Shown one piece after another: positions 29,463-38,491 of a stretch of DNA of 64,000 nucleotides. Position numbers and translations under genes: made by a program. The first letter of the stretch is position 1, and each line of letters opens with the position of its first letter. Source of the stretch: Muribaculaceae bacterium (GTDB lineage Bacteria; Bacteroidota; Bacteroidia; Bacteroidales; Muribaculaceae); the NCBI GenBank assembly GCA_009775195.1, contig VSPF01000001.1, positions 3,243-67,242 on the forward strand, in the 5' to 3' direction. The notes beneath the pieces were generated by a model. The model worked only from the letters and a program-made list of their open reading frames with translations. It was not told the DNA's origin and ran no database searches.

Positions 29463-29963
29463 TCAATGACCGAAATAGTTGTCGAGGTCGGATTGCGAGG
29501 GGTTGTGCGACACAATCTTGCCGTCCGGGTCGATAAGCACCGAGCCGAGACCCTTGTCGAGGCCGTAGCTGTCGATGACGGCACGAGCGGCATCGCCGTC
29601 GAGGTGGTACTGGGTGCTGCCAATCAGACTGTCGCGCCGCATGATTTCGCCAAAAAGAGCCGGAGACTCGTCGAGATTGACACTCAGCAGTTTTAAATCG
29701 TTGCCGGGATGCGAACGCAGCCACGCCGTGTACTCGTTGGCGGCCTGACGCGACATGGCATCGGTCGATTTCCAAAAATTAAGCATCACGTAATTGCCCG
29801 ACTGCGCGGCAAGAGTAGTTTCGGGCGCACGGGCCCCCTGCGACGGCAGCCACAGTGCCGGCGCCTGCCGGCCGATTGAGGTTCGATATTGTGAATCAGC
29901 ATATCCCACGGCGCACAATAGTACCCCGATAAAGATTGCCGTAATAATCAATGTCTTTTTCAT
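29463..29963 (-). CDS. TlpA/thioredoxin-fold exported protein lacking CxxC
   Basis: IGRQAP..., YVMLNFWKSTDAMSR, LLSVNLD, LIDPDGKIV. Confidence 0.7.
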   Translation of the reverse strand: MKKTLIITAIFIGVLLCAVGYADSQYRTSIGRQAPALWLPSQGARAPETTLAAQSGNYVMLNFWKSTDAMSRQAANEYTAWLRSHPGNDLKLLSVNLDESPALFGEIMRRDSLIGSTQYHLDGDAARAVIDSYGLDKGLGSVLIDPDGKIVSHNPSQSDLDNYFGH

Positions 29964-30014
29964 CGTCTGACGTTCCTTTCAATAATAGAACGCCGACGAA
30001 GCCCGGTTTGTTTA

Positions 30015-30962
30015 TCAATGCTGGTATTGCGAGTTGATTAACACCGAGTTACCTTTGTAAAACTCGGGCGACAGCATCTGTGGGAGTGTGGCATCGGGGT
30101 GGTCGGCGAGATATGCGCTTACGATGCGGTAGCCTATATAACGCCCTACACGGCCCGGGGCGCCAGGCTCGACCACCGACACCTCGGGCGAGGGCGCAAC
30201 AAGCCGGTCGGCAGTAGACTCGGAGGTGTCGTAGAGCAACTGGCGATGTATGATACTGCGCCATATCGAACCCTCGTTTTCTTCGAGCCACCGCATCTGG
30301 GCATCAGTATAGCCGAGAGCGTCACCCAGGCTGCCATCAGGCACGAGCGACATCTTGGCATGTGTAAGCACACCCTCGTATATCATACGCGAGAGGGCCG
30401 TGGCATCCCCGCCTTCGAGAGAATAGGGATAAGAGGTCGCAACCAGGGCCTCGGCAAGGTCGTACGGCAGAGCCTGTGGTGTCTTGCCAAGCCGCATATA
30501 CACAGGCCAATGACTGTAGCCGGGATAATCGGCACCAAGATAATGGTTGAGGGCGACAAGCATCACACTGTCGACAAAAAGCACCGACTCAGGACGTCCA
30601 TAGACGACTGTTGCATACAGCCTGCGCGGCAACGCGAGCCCCTGCGACTCGGCATTGGCGAGTATGCCGCCCAAAGACCGGGCCACATAGGCGGTGTCAG
30701 TGAAGACCGAGTCGACATCGGGAGTGAAAACCGACACGGCCTGCGACGACATCCAAGCCTCGACAAGCTCGGGAGTAAGCGGCTCTTCGCTGACCGTGCG
30801 CATAAATGCACGCAGCACTGTGCTGTCGCTATCGGGCACATGCCCCGAAGCAATATATGAGTATAGCGGCACCACTTCGGCCTCGGGCGCATCGGCCTGG
30901 CGGCTGCTTTTGCTACAAGCCACCACTAACGATAGAAAGATAAGAGGAAGGAGACGTTTCAT
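30015..30962 (-). CDS. GldB-like lipoprotein
   Basis: Start MKRLLPL, lipobox VVAC; ALNHYLGADY, MIYEG, LGYTDAQMRW..NEGSIW, PGRVGRYIGYRIV. Confidence 0.8.
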   Translation of the reverse strand: MKRLLPLIFLSLVVACSKSSRQADAPEAEVVPLYSYIASGHVPDSDSTVLRAFMRTVSEEPLTPELVEAWMSSQAVSVFTPDVDSVFTDTAYVARSLGGILANAESQGLALPRRLYATVVYGRPESVLFVDSVMLVALNHYLGADYPGYSHWPVYMRLGKTPQALPYDLAEALVATSYPYSLEGGDATALSRMIYEGVLTHAKMSLVPDGSLGDALGYTDAQMRWLEENEGSIWRSIIHRQLLYDTSESTADRLVAPSPEVSVVEPGAPGRVGRYIGYRIVSAYLADHPDATLPQMLSPEFYKGNSVLINSQYQH

Positions 30963-30975
30963 ATCTATGAAACAC

Positions 30976-32268
30976 TTATTGTTGCTGCTGGTTGCCCGAC
31001 TTATTCGATTTTTTAGATTTTCCGTGCCAGCGGTGCTTTTTCTTTTGGGCACCACTCTCTTTGTCACCGTTAGGCTTGGTATGCGGCCTGCCTTTGCGCG
31101 ACCCCCTGGCCCGGCTGTCGCCGCGATATTGCGGAGCCTCGCCAAACTCGGCAGGAATTTCTTCGCGGCGAACTTCGGAACCAAGGAAACGTTCGATTCC
31201 GGCCCAGCGCTGCTGGTCGCGTTCGCTGACAAAGGTCACAGCCTTGCCGCCGGCACCGGCACGCGCCGTTCGGCCGATGCGGTGCACGTAGTCCTCGGCT
31301 TCGTGTGGCACGTCGTAGTTAACGACCATGGCGATATCGTCGATATCGATGCCGCGCGACAATATGTCGGTAGCGATGAGTATATCGATACGGCCGGCGC
31401 GAAAAGCAAGTATAACCTCTTCGCGCGCCTTTTGGTCGAGGTCGGAGTGCATCTCGGCAGCCTTCCAGTGGCTGCGACGCATTATCTGCGTAAGCTCTTT
31501 TACCTTTTGTTTCGACGATGAGAAGACAATCACGCGCTTGTCGTGGCCTTGTTCGAAAAGGCGTTTCAACAAGCCCTGCTTCTGACCTTCGTGGCATATA
31601 AATACCGACTGGTCGATTTTTTCGGCCGGTTTGGAGACTGCAATCTTGACTTCCTTGGGGTTGTGGAGTATACTTGCCGCCAACTGCTGGATTTTGCCGG
31701 GCATCGTGGCCGAGAACATCAGGGTCTGTCTCTCTTTGGGCAGTTCCGACACGATGCGCATGATATCGTCGGAGAAACCCATATCGAGCATACGGTCGGC
31801 CTCATCGAGGACGAAATATTTCACTGCCGACAGGTCTACATACCCCATCTTCATGTGCGCCAAGAGGCGTCCCGGAGTGGCAATTACCATGTCGGCGCCC
31901 TGGCGCAGGGCGTGCTGCTGACGGGCAAACTCCTTGCCGTCGTTGCCGCCGTGTATGGCAAGGCTGCTAACGGGGATATAATACGCAAAGCCCTCCATCT
32001 GGCGGTCGATTTGCTGCGCAAGCTCATGGGTGGGAACCATGATTACACACTTGACTTTAGAGTCGGCCTCGGTATCGGCAAGAAGGTCTATAATCGGCAG
32101 GAGGTATGCCGCTGTCTTGCCAGTACCGGTCTGGGCACAGGCTATCAGGTCGTTACCGTCGAGTATCAGGTCGATACTCTGCTCCTGGATGGGGGTGCAC
32201 TCTTCGAAATGCATGGCATCGAGAGCGTCAAGAATATCATCGGAAAGGGCAAGCTGGTCAAAGCGCAT
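30976..32268 (-). CDS. DEAD-box RNA helicase (RhlE-like)
   Basis: AQTGTGKT, LDEADRMLDMGF, SAT, HRIGRTAR. Confidence 0.95.
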   Translation of the reverse strand: MRFDQLALSDDILDALDAMHFEECTPIQEQSIDLILDGNDLIACAQTGTGKTAAYLLPIIDLLADTEADSKVKCVIMVPTHELAQQIDRQMEGFAYYIPVSSLAIHGGNDGKEFARQQHALRQGADMVIATPGRLLAHMKMGYVDLSAVKYFVLDEADRMLDMGFSDDIMRIVSELPKERQTLMFSATMPGKIQQLAASILHNPKEVKIAVSKPAEKIDQSVFICHEGQKQGLLKRLFEQGHDKRVIVFSSSKQKVKELTQIMRRSHWKAAEMHSDLDQKAREEVILAFRAGRIDILIATDILSRGIDIDDIAMVVNYDVPHEAEDYVHRIGRTARAGAGGKAVTFVSERDQQRWAGIERFLGSEVRREEIPAEFGEAPQYRGDSRARGSRKGRPHTKPNGDKESGAQKKKHRWHGKSKKSNKSGNQQQQ

Positions 32269-32407
32269 GGTTGATAATGGTTTTATTTAGTTACTCACAA
32301 GTCTTAGAATAGATTTGATGGTCATGTACGAGGCTGATTGCAAATACAAGTGGTATACAGGTTGCAGCCTCTATATTTTAAGTCATCAGGTACTGACTTA
32401 TCAAAAG

Positions 32408-32845
32408 TCATTCGTCGGTATCGTCGTCAAAATCGAAATCAAAATCCCAACCGTCATCGCCGATGCTCTCGGTAAAGCGCGATAGTTCGCGACCCTCGCG
32501 CTTGGTGGGACGTCCGAGACCTTTCTGGCGGTCTACAAAGCCGGATATTTTGACGACTTCGAGCAGGTCATACTCTGATTTTGGTGTCAGGTTTTCAAGG
32601 TATTCAGGTACGAGGCGCGCACCAAGGCGGTTTTCGGTAAGGGCCTTCACTCGGAAGGTAAATGTGACCGGCGGCTTGCGCACCTTTATTATATCGCCCA
32701 CCACTATTGTGCGCGAGGGCTTGACAGCCGGACCGTCGCCGACCGACACACGCCCCTTGCGACATGCGTCGGTAGCCACCGTGCGTGTCTTGAATATCCT
32801 CATGGCCCACAGCCATTTATCGATACGTACTTCGCTCTTGGGCAT
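32408..32845 (-). CDS. hslR: Heat shock protein 15 (S4-domain RNA-binding)
   Basis: VRIDKWLW..RIFKTR..A..AC..GRV, GRPTKREGR. Confidence 0.9.
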   Translation of the reverse strand: MPKSEVRIDKWLWAMRIFKTRTVATDACRKGRVSVGDGPAVKPSRTIVVGDIIKVRKPPVTFTFRVKALTENRLGARLVPEYLENLTPKSEYDLLEVVKISGFVDRQKGLGRPTKREGRELSRFTESIGDDGWDFDFDFDDDTDE

Positions 32846-32879
32846 ATTATATATTTAAGTTTCGCAAGCTCACTTAAAT

Positions 32880-32980
32880 GTTTAAGGGTTAAAGGTTAAG
32901 GTTTATGAACTGTCGTTTCAATTCTTATCTCAACAAATATTTTAGCTGATAAGCTCGTTAAACTTTAACCTTCAACTTTT
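32880..32980. repeat. Heptamer-repeat palindromic element (GGTTAAR)n...(YTTAACC)n, copy A
   Basis: GTTTAAGGGTTAAAGGTTAAGG identical to 63230-63251; mirrored arm near 32957-32980. Confidence 0.65.
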
Positions 32981-32997
32981 CGCTTGCGAAAGTTGAA

Positions 32998-33561
32998 TTA
33001 TTTATTATTAAACTTGCACATAGCCGGGCCAAGGCCGGCGAGGACTGTCTCTTTTATTGCTTCGACGGCGACGGGTATGCGCTCGTCGACAACCTTGCGG
33101 TCGTCGGCGGGAAATTTGCCTAACACATAGTCTATCTGGCATCCGCGAGGGAAATCGCCACCGATGCCGAACCTCAGGCGCGGATAGGCATCAGTACCCA
33201 GCATCTGCGCAATATTCTTCAGGCCATTGTGCCCGGCGTCAGAGCCGCGAGCCTTGATGCGGATAGCGCCCAGAGGCAGGGCGATGTCGTCGACAACGAC
33301 AAGTATGTTCTCCACATCTATGCCCTCCTGGTCTTTCCAATATCTTACGGCATTGCCGCTGAGATTCATGTAAGTAGAAGGTTTGAGAAGTACAACCTGC
33401 TGATTTTTAACGCGCCCACGGCCTATATCGCCATAGCGGCCTGTAGAAAAAGAAATATTGGACGCCTCGGCAAAGGCGTCCAATATCATAAATCCTATGT
33501 TGTGGCGGGTGTCACGGTATTCATCACCGATATTTCCCAAGCCTACAATCAGGTGCTTCAT
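32998..33561 (-). CDS. pth: Peptidyl-tRNA hydrolase
   Basis: [30 protein letters not shown]. Confidence 0.97.
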   Translation of the reverse strand: MKHLIVGLGNIGDEYRDTRHNIGFMILDAFAEASNISFSTGRYGDIGRGRVKNQQVVLLKPSTYMNLSGNAVRYWKDQEGIDVENILVVVDDIALPLGAIRIKARGSDAGHNGLKNIAQMLGTDAYPRLRFGIGGDFPRGCQIDYVLGKFPADDRKVVDERIPVAVEAIKETVLAGLGPAMCKFNNK

Positions 33562-33582
33562 GCTGTCAACACGAACTTGTTA

Positions 33583-34233
33583 TTACTTGGCAGCAGCGGC
33601 GGCAGCACCACGGGCTGCACGTGTGAGCTGTACTGCGCAGACAACAGCGTTCTTTGCATTGACGAGTTCGAGACCGTCGATGTGGATGTCGCCAACGGCA
33701 AGTGATTTGCCGAGACCGAGGTCGTCGACGTTGATTACGAGACGCTCGGGGATAGCGGTGTAGATGGCACGAACCTTGAGTTTCTTCATCGAGAGGTTGA
33801 GCTTACCACCGGCCTTAACACCGGCAGCGTGGCCTTCGAGTTTGACGGGTACTTCCATCACGATTGGCTTGGTATCGTTGACCTCGAGGAAATCCATGTG
33901 GAGGATGGTATCCTTTACAGGGTGGAACTGGAGGTCTTTGAGGACGGCCATGCGTTTCTCACCGTTGATATCGAGTTCTACAGCGAAGATGTCGGGAGTG
34001 TAGACGAGTTTGCGAACAGCATCGTTAGATACAACGAGGTCGGTTGTAATCAGGCCCTTGCCATTGCCGATTTCTACGATTTTCTCACCGGGCTTGAGGG
34101 TGCCGGCATAGGGAAGTTCTACAATCGCGCCACCATTGAGCACTACGGGGATAAGGCCCTGGTTGCGAAGGGCTTTAGTCGCCTTCTTGCCCAAATCTAC
34201 ACGAGGCTGGGCTGCAAGTTTGAAAAGTTCCAT
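33583..34233 (-). CDS. rplY: 50S ribosomal protein L25 / Ctc
   Basis: LRNQGLIPVVL, KDLQFHPVKDTILHMDF, GVKAGGKL, IPERLVINV. Confidence 0.95.
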   Translation of the reverse strand: MELFKLAAQPRVDLGKKATKALRNQGLIPVVLNGGAIVELPYAGTLKPGEKIVEIGNGKGLITTDLVVSNDAVRKLVYTPDIFAVELDINGEKRMAVLKDLQFHPVKDTILHMDFLEVNDTKPIVMEVPVKLEGHAAGVKAGGKLNLSMKKLKVRAIYTAIPERLVINVDDLGLGKSLAVGDIHIDGLELVNAKNAVVCAVQLTRAARGAAAAAAK

Positions 34234-34310
34234 TGTAATGATTTGTGTTACTCAAAATTAAGTATTGCTCCTTAATTTCCCATCACACGGGGATGCTAAA
34301 AAGCAAGTAG

Positions 34311-34383
34311 AGCCGCGAGTGGGACTCGAACCCACGACCTTTTCGTTACGAATGAAATGCTCTACCAACTGAGCTATTGCGGC
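34311..34383 (-). tRNA. tRNA-Thr (anticodon CGT)
   Basis: GCCGCAATAGCTCAGTTGGTAGAGCATTTCATTCGTAACGAAAAGGTCGTGGGTTCGAGTCCCACTCGCGGCT; TAACTTTG promoter just upstream. Confidence 0.96.
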
Positions 34384-34492
34384 GTTGCGAAAATTGCGCT
34401 GCAAAGTTACTGCTTTATTTTTAATTTTGCAAATATAATGCCAACTTTGTCAGAAATATCACAAAGACAAATATTTAAAGCGATACTTTGGC

Positions 34493-34999
34493 CTAATTAT
34501 TTTTTTGCTCGAGGCCCAACAGGTATTGTTTGGCAGGGAGGCCGCCGGCATAGCCTGTGAGGGAGTTGTCGCTGCCGATTACGCGGTGGCATGGGGCGAA
34601 AATCGATATGGCGTTCGCCCCGTTGGCATTGGCAACGGCCCTGACTGCATGAGGCATACCTATGCGTGAAGCTAATTTGCCGTAAGAAATAGTTGCTCCG
34701 TAAGGTATTTCGAGCAATGCCTGCCATACCTTTTTCTGAAACCCGGTGCCGGTGAGCAACAAGGGGATATCGAAACGTCGGCGCTGCCCGGCAAAGTATT
34801 CGTCGAGCTGCAAGGCCGCAGCATCGAGTAGCGACGATGTGCCTGTATGGAAATCAGCAGAGAGAATTCGTCTGAGCCGTTGTTCATTTTGTTCACGGTG
34901 TTTACCATGCACCCAGTCGCACAAACACAAACGATTGGCAAACGCCCCCAACACGAGCCGTCCGCAAGGCGCGTCATATTCTTTCACTACTATTTCCAT
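34493..34999 (-). CDS. ogt: Methylated-DNA--protein-cysteine methyltransferase
   Basis: GTGFQKKVW, IPYG, AVRAVANANGAN, PCHRV. Confidence 0.95.
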   Translation of the reverse strand: MEIVVKEYDAPCGRLVLGAFANRLCLCDWVHGKHREQNEQRLRRILSADFHTGTSSLLDAAALQLDEYFAGQRRRFDIPLLLTGTGFQKKVWQALLEIPYGATISYGKLASRIGMPHAVRAVANANGANAISIFAPCHRVIGSDNSLTGYAGGLPAKQYLLGLEQKNN

Positions 35000-35038
35000 A
35001 ATTGCTAAATTCTAATGTACAAAAGTAGTGAATATCTA

Positions 35039-36256
35039 CTAATGCCGGCTTGATGACCGGAATAAAAATCTGACACCGAGGTTGAGATTGAAATTCAGCG
35101 GCTTGTCTTTATAAATGGTGCGCAATTGCGACCCGTCGTCAAAATAATAACTTATGCCGGGCTCGACATATATGCCGACCGACTTGACTATATTGCACTG
35201 CACACCGGCCGAAGCATTGACCGAAAACTGCCACGGCCTGTCGGATATACTTTCGTCATTGCCACCATTCTTGTGATTATCAATAAAATAATCACAATCG
35301 AGTGTTGCAGCGACACACTTTTCGACGAGTCCGCCACCTGAAGCATAAAAATCTAAGGACTTCCAAGACCAAATGCGGTATTTCACATTGAGCGGCAAGC
35401 CGATATAGTGCAGCCTTTGAACTGCCGAATAGTAATGACTGCCACTACCCTCTTTTATATCAGATGTAAGATTTGTGTACGACAAACCGCTCTCGATACC
35501 GAACCGGTCATTTAGATTGTAGACCACTGATATACCGGCCCGGACGGGCAGACGATGCTTGATATCCGAATTGACGGCCTTACCCTGGTTAAACAGCAAT
35601 ATCCCCAACATCGGGTCGTCGCGCCACTGTGAGTTTTGAGGGCCAACACTGTTTAAAATCGCGTTATAACCCGACTGGTTATTAAACAAAGCGCCCGTAC
35701 CGCCCGATGTGTACATAGACAAAGAAAAACTGCCACCATTATCTCGACGATTATGTTTGACAGCCGCAATATAATCGCCAGCAGTGTCCGTAATGTCCCT
35801 GACGGTTTTAATGTCCACAGTGTCCACGGTGTCCTGGGCCTCATTAACCGTGGACACAGCCACCGCGTCATTTTGACAAACCGAATCTTGTGGCATTACA
35901 ACACCTGAAAGCCCGACAGCCTTATCATGACGGATGAGATTTCCGACAGCCCTGTCCGAGGAAACCTTGGTTAAAGGCAAGTTCCCCGGGCCGGGTACAG
36001 TCGGCCGATATGATATCATTTCGGGGGCGGCTAACTTTGGCAAGGCAATGTCGTCGCGCATCAGATAGACAGCCGTAGAAATTACGGCAACCAGCATGGC
36101 GGCAACAGCCACCGACCGCCTTACCCATACCAATATGCATTTGCGACGAATGTCGCTGCCCTGAGCAGCCTCGATAGAAGCCCATAGCTCGTCGGGCTCG
36201 TCGACCTCATAATCCGACATCCGGTCATGAATCTTATTTAGCCACTCATCGCTCAT
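35039..36256 (-). CDS. Putative anti-sigma factor fused to an outer-membrane beta-barrel (PorT-like)
   Basis: N-terminal DYEVDEPDELWASIEAA + TM, linker, C-terminal barrel (GIESGLSY, HYIGLPL, YVEPG, NLNLGVRF). Confidence 0.75.
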   Translation of the reverse strand: MSDEWLNKIHDRMSDYEVDEPDELWASIEAAQGSDIRRKCILVWVRRSVAVAAMLVAVISTAVYLMRDDIALPKLAAPEMISYRPTVPGPGNLPLTKVSSDRAVGNLIRHDKAVGLSGVVMPQDSVCQNDAVAVSTVNEAQDTVDTVDIKTVRDITDTAGDYIAAVKHNRRDNGGSFSLSMYTSGGTGALFNNQSGYNAILNSVGPQNSQWRDDPMLGILLFNQGKAVNSDIKHRLPVRAGISVVYNLNDRFGIESGLSYTNLTSDIKEGSGSHYYSAVQRLHYIGLPLNVKYRIWSWKSLDFYASGGGLVEKCVAATLDCDYFIDNHKNGGNDESISDRPWQFSVNASAGVQCNIVKSVGIYVEPGISYYFDDGSQLRTIYKDKPLNFNLNLGVRFLFRSSSRH

Positions 36257-36822
36257 ATTGATATAGTCTTAGAATTATTATAAAGCCTGATTTTCTCAGC
36301 CAACATAGCCTTTGCCCTGTGTAGCTGCGATGCCGAAGTGCTTTCCTTTATGCCCAGGAGCGAGGCTATTTCTTTATGGCTCCGGTTCTCTACAACATAA
36401 AGGTTGAATATAGTGCGGTAGCCGTCGGGCAAGTCGCGTATCATCTGAAATATAAGCTCCGAGGGCAGAGAATCTATATCAGGCTCGTCAACGGGCAAAT
36501 CGTGTTCGTTTTCGGAAATTCCGACAAACTCTATGCGGCCGTTACGGCGCTGGAATTTAAGTACTTCGTTTACTGTCACCTTTGTCATCCAAGCCTTAAG
36601 GGAACCTCGGCCTCGATAATCAAAAGAGGAAATAGAGGAGAAAATCTTTAAGAAACTATCTTGCAAAACGTCTTTAATATCCTCGTCATTAAGAATATAG
36701 CGAGAGCATACGGCGGCAAGGTAACGGACATAATTTTTATATACCGTCCTTTGCGCCGTATTATCGCCCAGCCTTACGAGGCGTAGAAGTTGTAATTCAC
36801 TGTCAGTCTCGTCAAGTTCCAT
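36253..36822 (-). CDS. ECF RNA polymerase sigma factor
   Basis: DVLQDSFLKIF, LKAWM, LPDGYRTIFNL..SHKEIA..LGI..STSASQLHRAK. Confidence 0.95.
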   Translation of the reverse strand: MELDETDSELQLLRLVRLGDNTAQRTVYKNYVRYLAAVCSRYILNDEDIKDVLQDSFLKIFSSISSFDYRGRGSLKAWMTKVTVNEVLKFQRRNGRIEFVGISENEHDLPVDEPDIDSLPSELIFQMIRDLPDGYRTIFNLYVVENRSHKEIASLLGIKESTSASQLHRAKAMLAEKIRLYNNSKTISI

Positions 36823-36834
36823 TCCTCTCGGGAA

Positions 36835-37557
36835 TCATTCTATCGAGCGTGAGAACCTGATTGATGCTGCATCAATATCTTGGTGCACGGGCCTCATTTT
36901 CAGGTCGAACTCGGCGGTCTTGTCACCGTCGAAAGATTTCCATTTGAGTTTTATTTTCACATCGTCACCGTTGGGTCGGGGCAGATTGTTGAGGTTAAAG
37001 GCAATCAGCGCATCGCCCCATTCGCCCCAAACATCATCATTTGCATCGTGACGAAGTTCAAACTCATACGGGTCGTCAGGGTTGGTGCCGGTCAACAGGT
37101 TGACATAGTGATTCGTCCCAGATGTGCCCCAGCGTGTGCGTATGCGCAGGGTGATATAGCCGTCTTCTGCAACGGTAACCCAGTCGCGGATAATCTCGAT
37201 AGGGTCGTTGCCATATACTTCGTCGTTACGGTCGGCAAGGCTCTCGACCGGCAGTTTTGTGCGTATGCTGTCGAGCCAGTTGACATGTACACGGCGAATA
37301 CCGCTACCGACAACTTCATCCGAATAATTGACAAGCGCACGGACTTCTTTGTCGCCAAAGGGCGATTTCTTCATATTCGCCGGCTCCAACTGAGTGTTGT
37401 TGTCGAGTTGCATGATGAAGCTGCCGTCGGCGTTGGGGCATACTGTTACGAGCGCGGTGGGCATGCGCGACACATACGAGTCGTCGTCATCGAGGCACGA
37501 CGGAAGCGTCAACATACCAAACCCGAGGATAGGTAGTAGAAAATTACTAAATTTCAT
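36835..37557 (-). CDS. NigD-like lipoprotein
   Basis: Lipobox LPSC, LDDDD, ALVTV, YGNDPIEI, EDGYITL, FELRHDA. Confidence 0.8.
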   Translation of the reverse strand: MKFSNFLLPILGFGMLTLPSCLDDDDSYVSRMPTALVTVCPNADGSFIMQLDNNTQLEPANMKKSPFGDKEVRALVNYSDEVVGSGIRRVHVNWLDSIRTKLPVESLADRNDEVYGNDPIEIIRDWVTVAEDGYITLRIRTRWGTSGTNHYVNLLTGTNPDDPYEFELRHDANDDVWGEWGDALIAFNLNNLPRPNGDDVKIKLKWKSFDGDKTAEFDLKMRPVHQDIDAASIRFSRSIE

Positions 37558-37654
37558 TTCAATAAATTTAATCGGTTGTTCTATTATATCAAATCCCGGA
37601 AAACCGAAAACCTTGCACCGACGACAAAAAATTTTTCACATTGCAGTCAAAAAT

Positions 37655-37681
37655 TTAGCCCCACCGTGATGGCGAGGCTAA
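37655..37681 (-). terminator. Putative terminator of hicAB-2
   Basis: TTAGCCCCACC / GGCGAGGCTAA imperfect stem, followed by ATTTTT on the minus strand. Confidence 0.45.
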
Positions 37682-37705
37682 TGCCATTTTCGAATCGAAT
37701 TATTA

Positions 37706-38104
37706 TCAAACAAGACGAAGGGCGGCCAATTCCACGCCAAGTCGGTGAATACCAGCCTCGATTTTTTCAAGCTGCTTATCTGATATAGGGGTAGCGCCGC
37801 TGCGATACTGGCGCATAAGGCTGTCGTTGATGCCGAGATACCGACCGAGAGCACTAACGTTGAACATCGAGTAATACTCGAACAGCGATGAAATATCAAA
37901 ACGGAACTCGACTTCTTCAGAGAGACATTTTGGCATTTCATCTCCGAATTCTATATAACTCTCCTTGACCTCTTCAATAGAATTAAAGAAATCATCTTTT
38001 GCTTCCTTTACAGTGTCACCGGTTCCGATAAGCTGTACTTTGTCTCCAGTGGTGTTATAAGCTATGTATGTGCCGTCTGATTGTTTTTCAATACTTACTT
38101 TCAT
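37706..38104 (-). CDS. hicB: HicB-like antitoxin with C-terminal HTH
   Basis: IEKQSDGTYIAY..GTGDTVKEAKDDF, NVSALGRYLGINDSLMRQY. Confidence 0.85.
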   Translation of the reverse strand: MKVSIEKQSDGTYIAYNTTGDKVQLIGTGDTVKEAKDDFFNSIEEVKESYIEFGDEMPKCLSEEVEFRFDISSLFEYYSMFNVSALGRYLGINDSLMRQYRSGATPISDKQLEKIEAGIHRLGVELAALRLV

Positions 38105-38177
38105 ATCGACTTGGTGCTATTGGTTGTGAGATAACATTATTGAATAAAGTTTGAGGTGCATAATCTCCTCGCTTATA

Positions 38178-38357
38178 TTAGAAACCTAATTGCTTTTTCA
38201 AACTAAGCATTAGGCCTTTCCTTATTTCTTGTGAACCATGACGCTCGACTACCAAACGCTCACCGTTGTCATTGACATAGATATCATGTTTCTTGCCATG
38301 GGCATAAAGTCTATACCCCTTATCGGTGGCGATTTTAATTAGTTCTTTCCATTTCAT
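38178..38357 (-). CDS. hicA: HicA toxin (59 aa), missed by the ORF track
   Basis: MKWKELIKIATDKGYRLYAHGKKHDIYVNDNGERLVVERHGSQEIRKGLMLSLKKQLGF*; HicA G-x-x-H motif; upstream of hicB. Confidence 0.85.
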   Translation of the reverse strand: MKWKELIKIATDKGYRLYAHGKKHDIYVNDNGERLVVERHGSQEIRKGLMLSLKKQLGF

Positions 38358-38388
38358 AGTGCCACAAGTTTTGCGGTTATCACCTATG

Positions 38389-38414
38389 CAAAGGTATAAC
38401 GATTTCGTGATACC
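38389..38414 (-). promoter_or_regulatory. hicAB-2 promoter with palindromic operator
   Basis: TACCTTTG -7 box overlapped by GGTATAACGA-TT-TCGTGATACC (one mismatch). Confidence 0.65.
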
Positions 38415-38491
38415 ACCAAATTTTTAGGCAAAAAAATAACGAAAATGCAATTTTTGGAGCAGCACTAAGCAGTTGCAAAACCGAGTATAGC

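Noticed and set aside
30963..31232. N-terminal extensions given by the ORF track for the GldB-like gene (and similarly maf, DUF2520, GT2, mdh, purH)
   Set aside because: They overlap neighbouring genes or leaders; downstream ATGs match family starts or signal peptides
34384..38480. ogt / ECF / nigD / hicAB block as a tRNA-Thr-integrated island
   Set aside because: It lies on the 5' side of the tRNA, with no duplicated tRNA 3' end and no integrase
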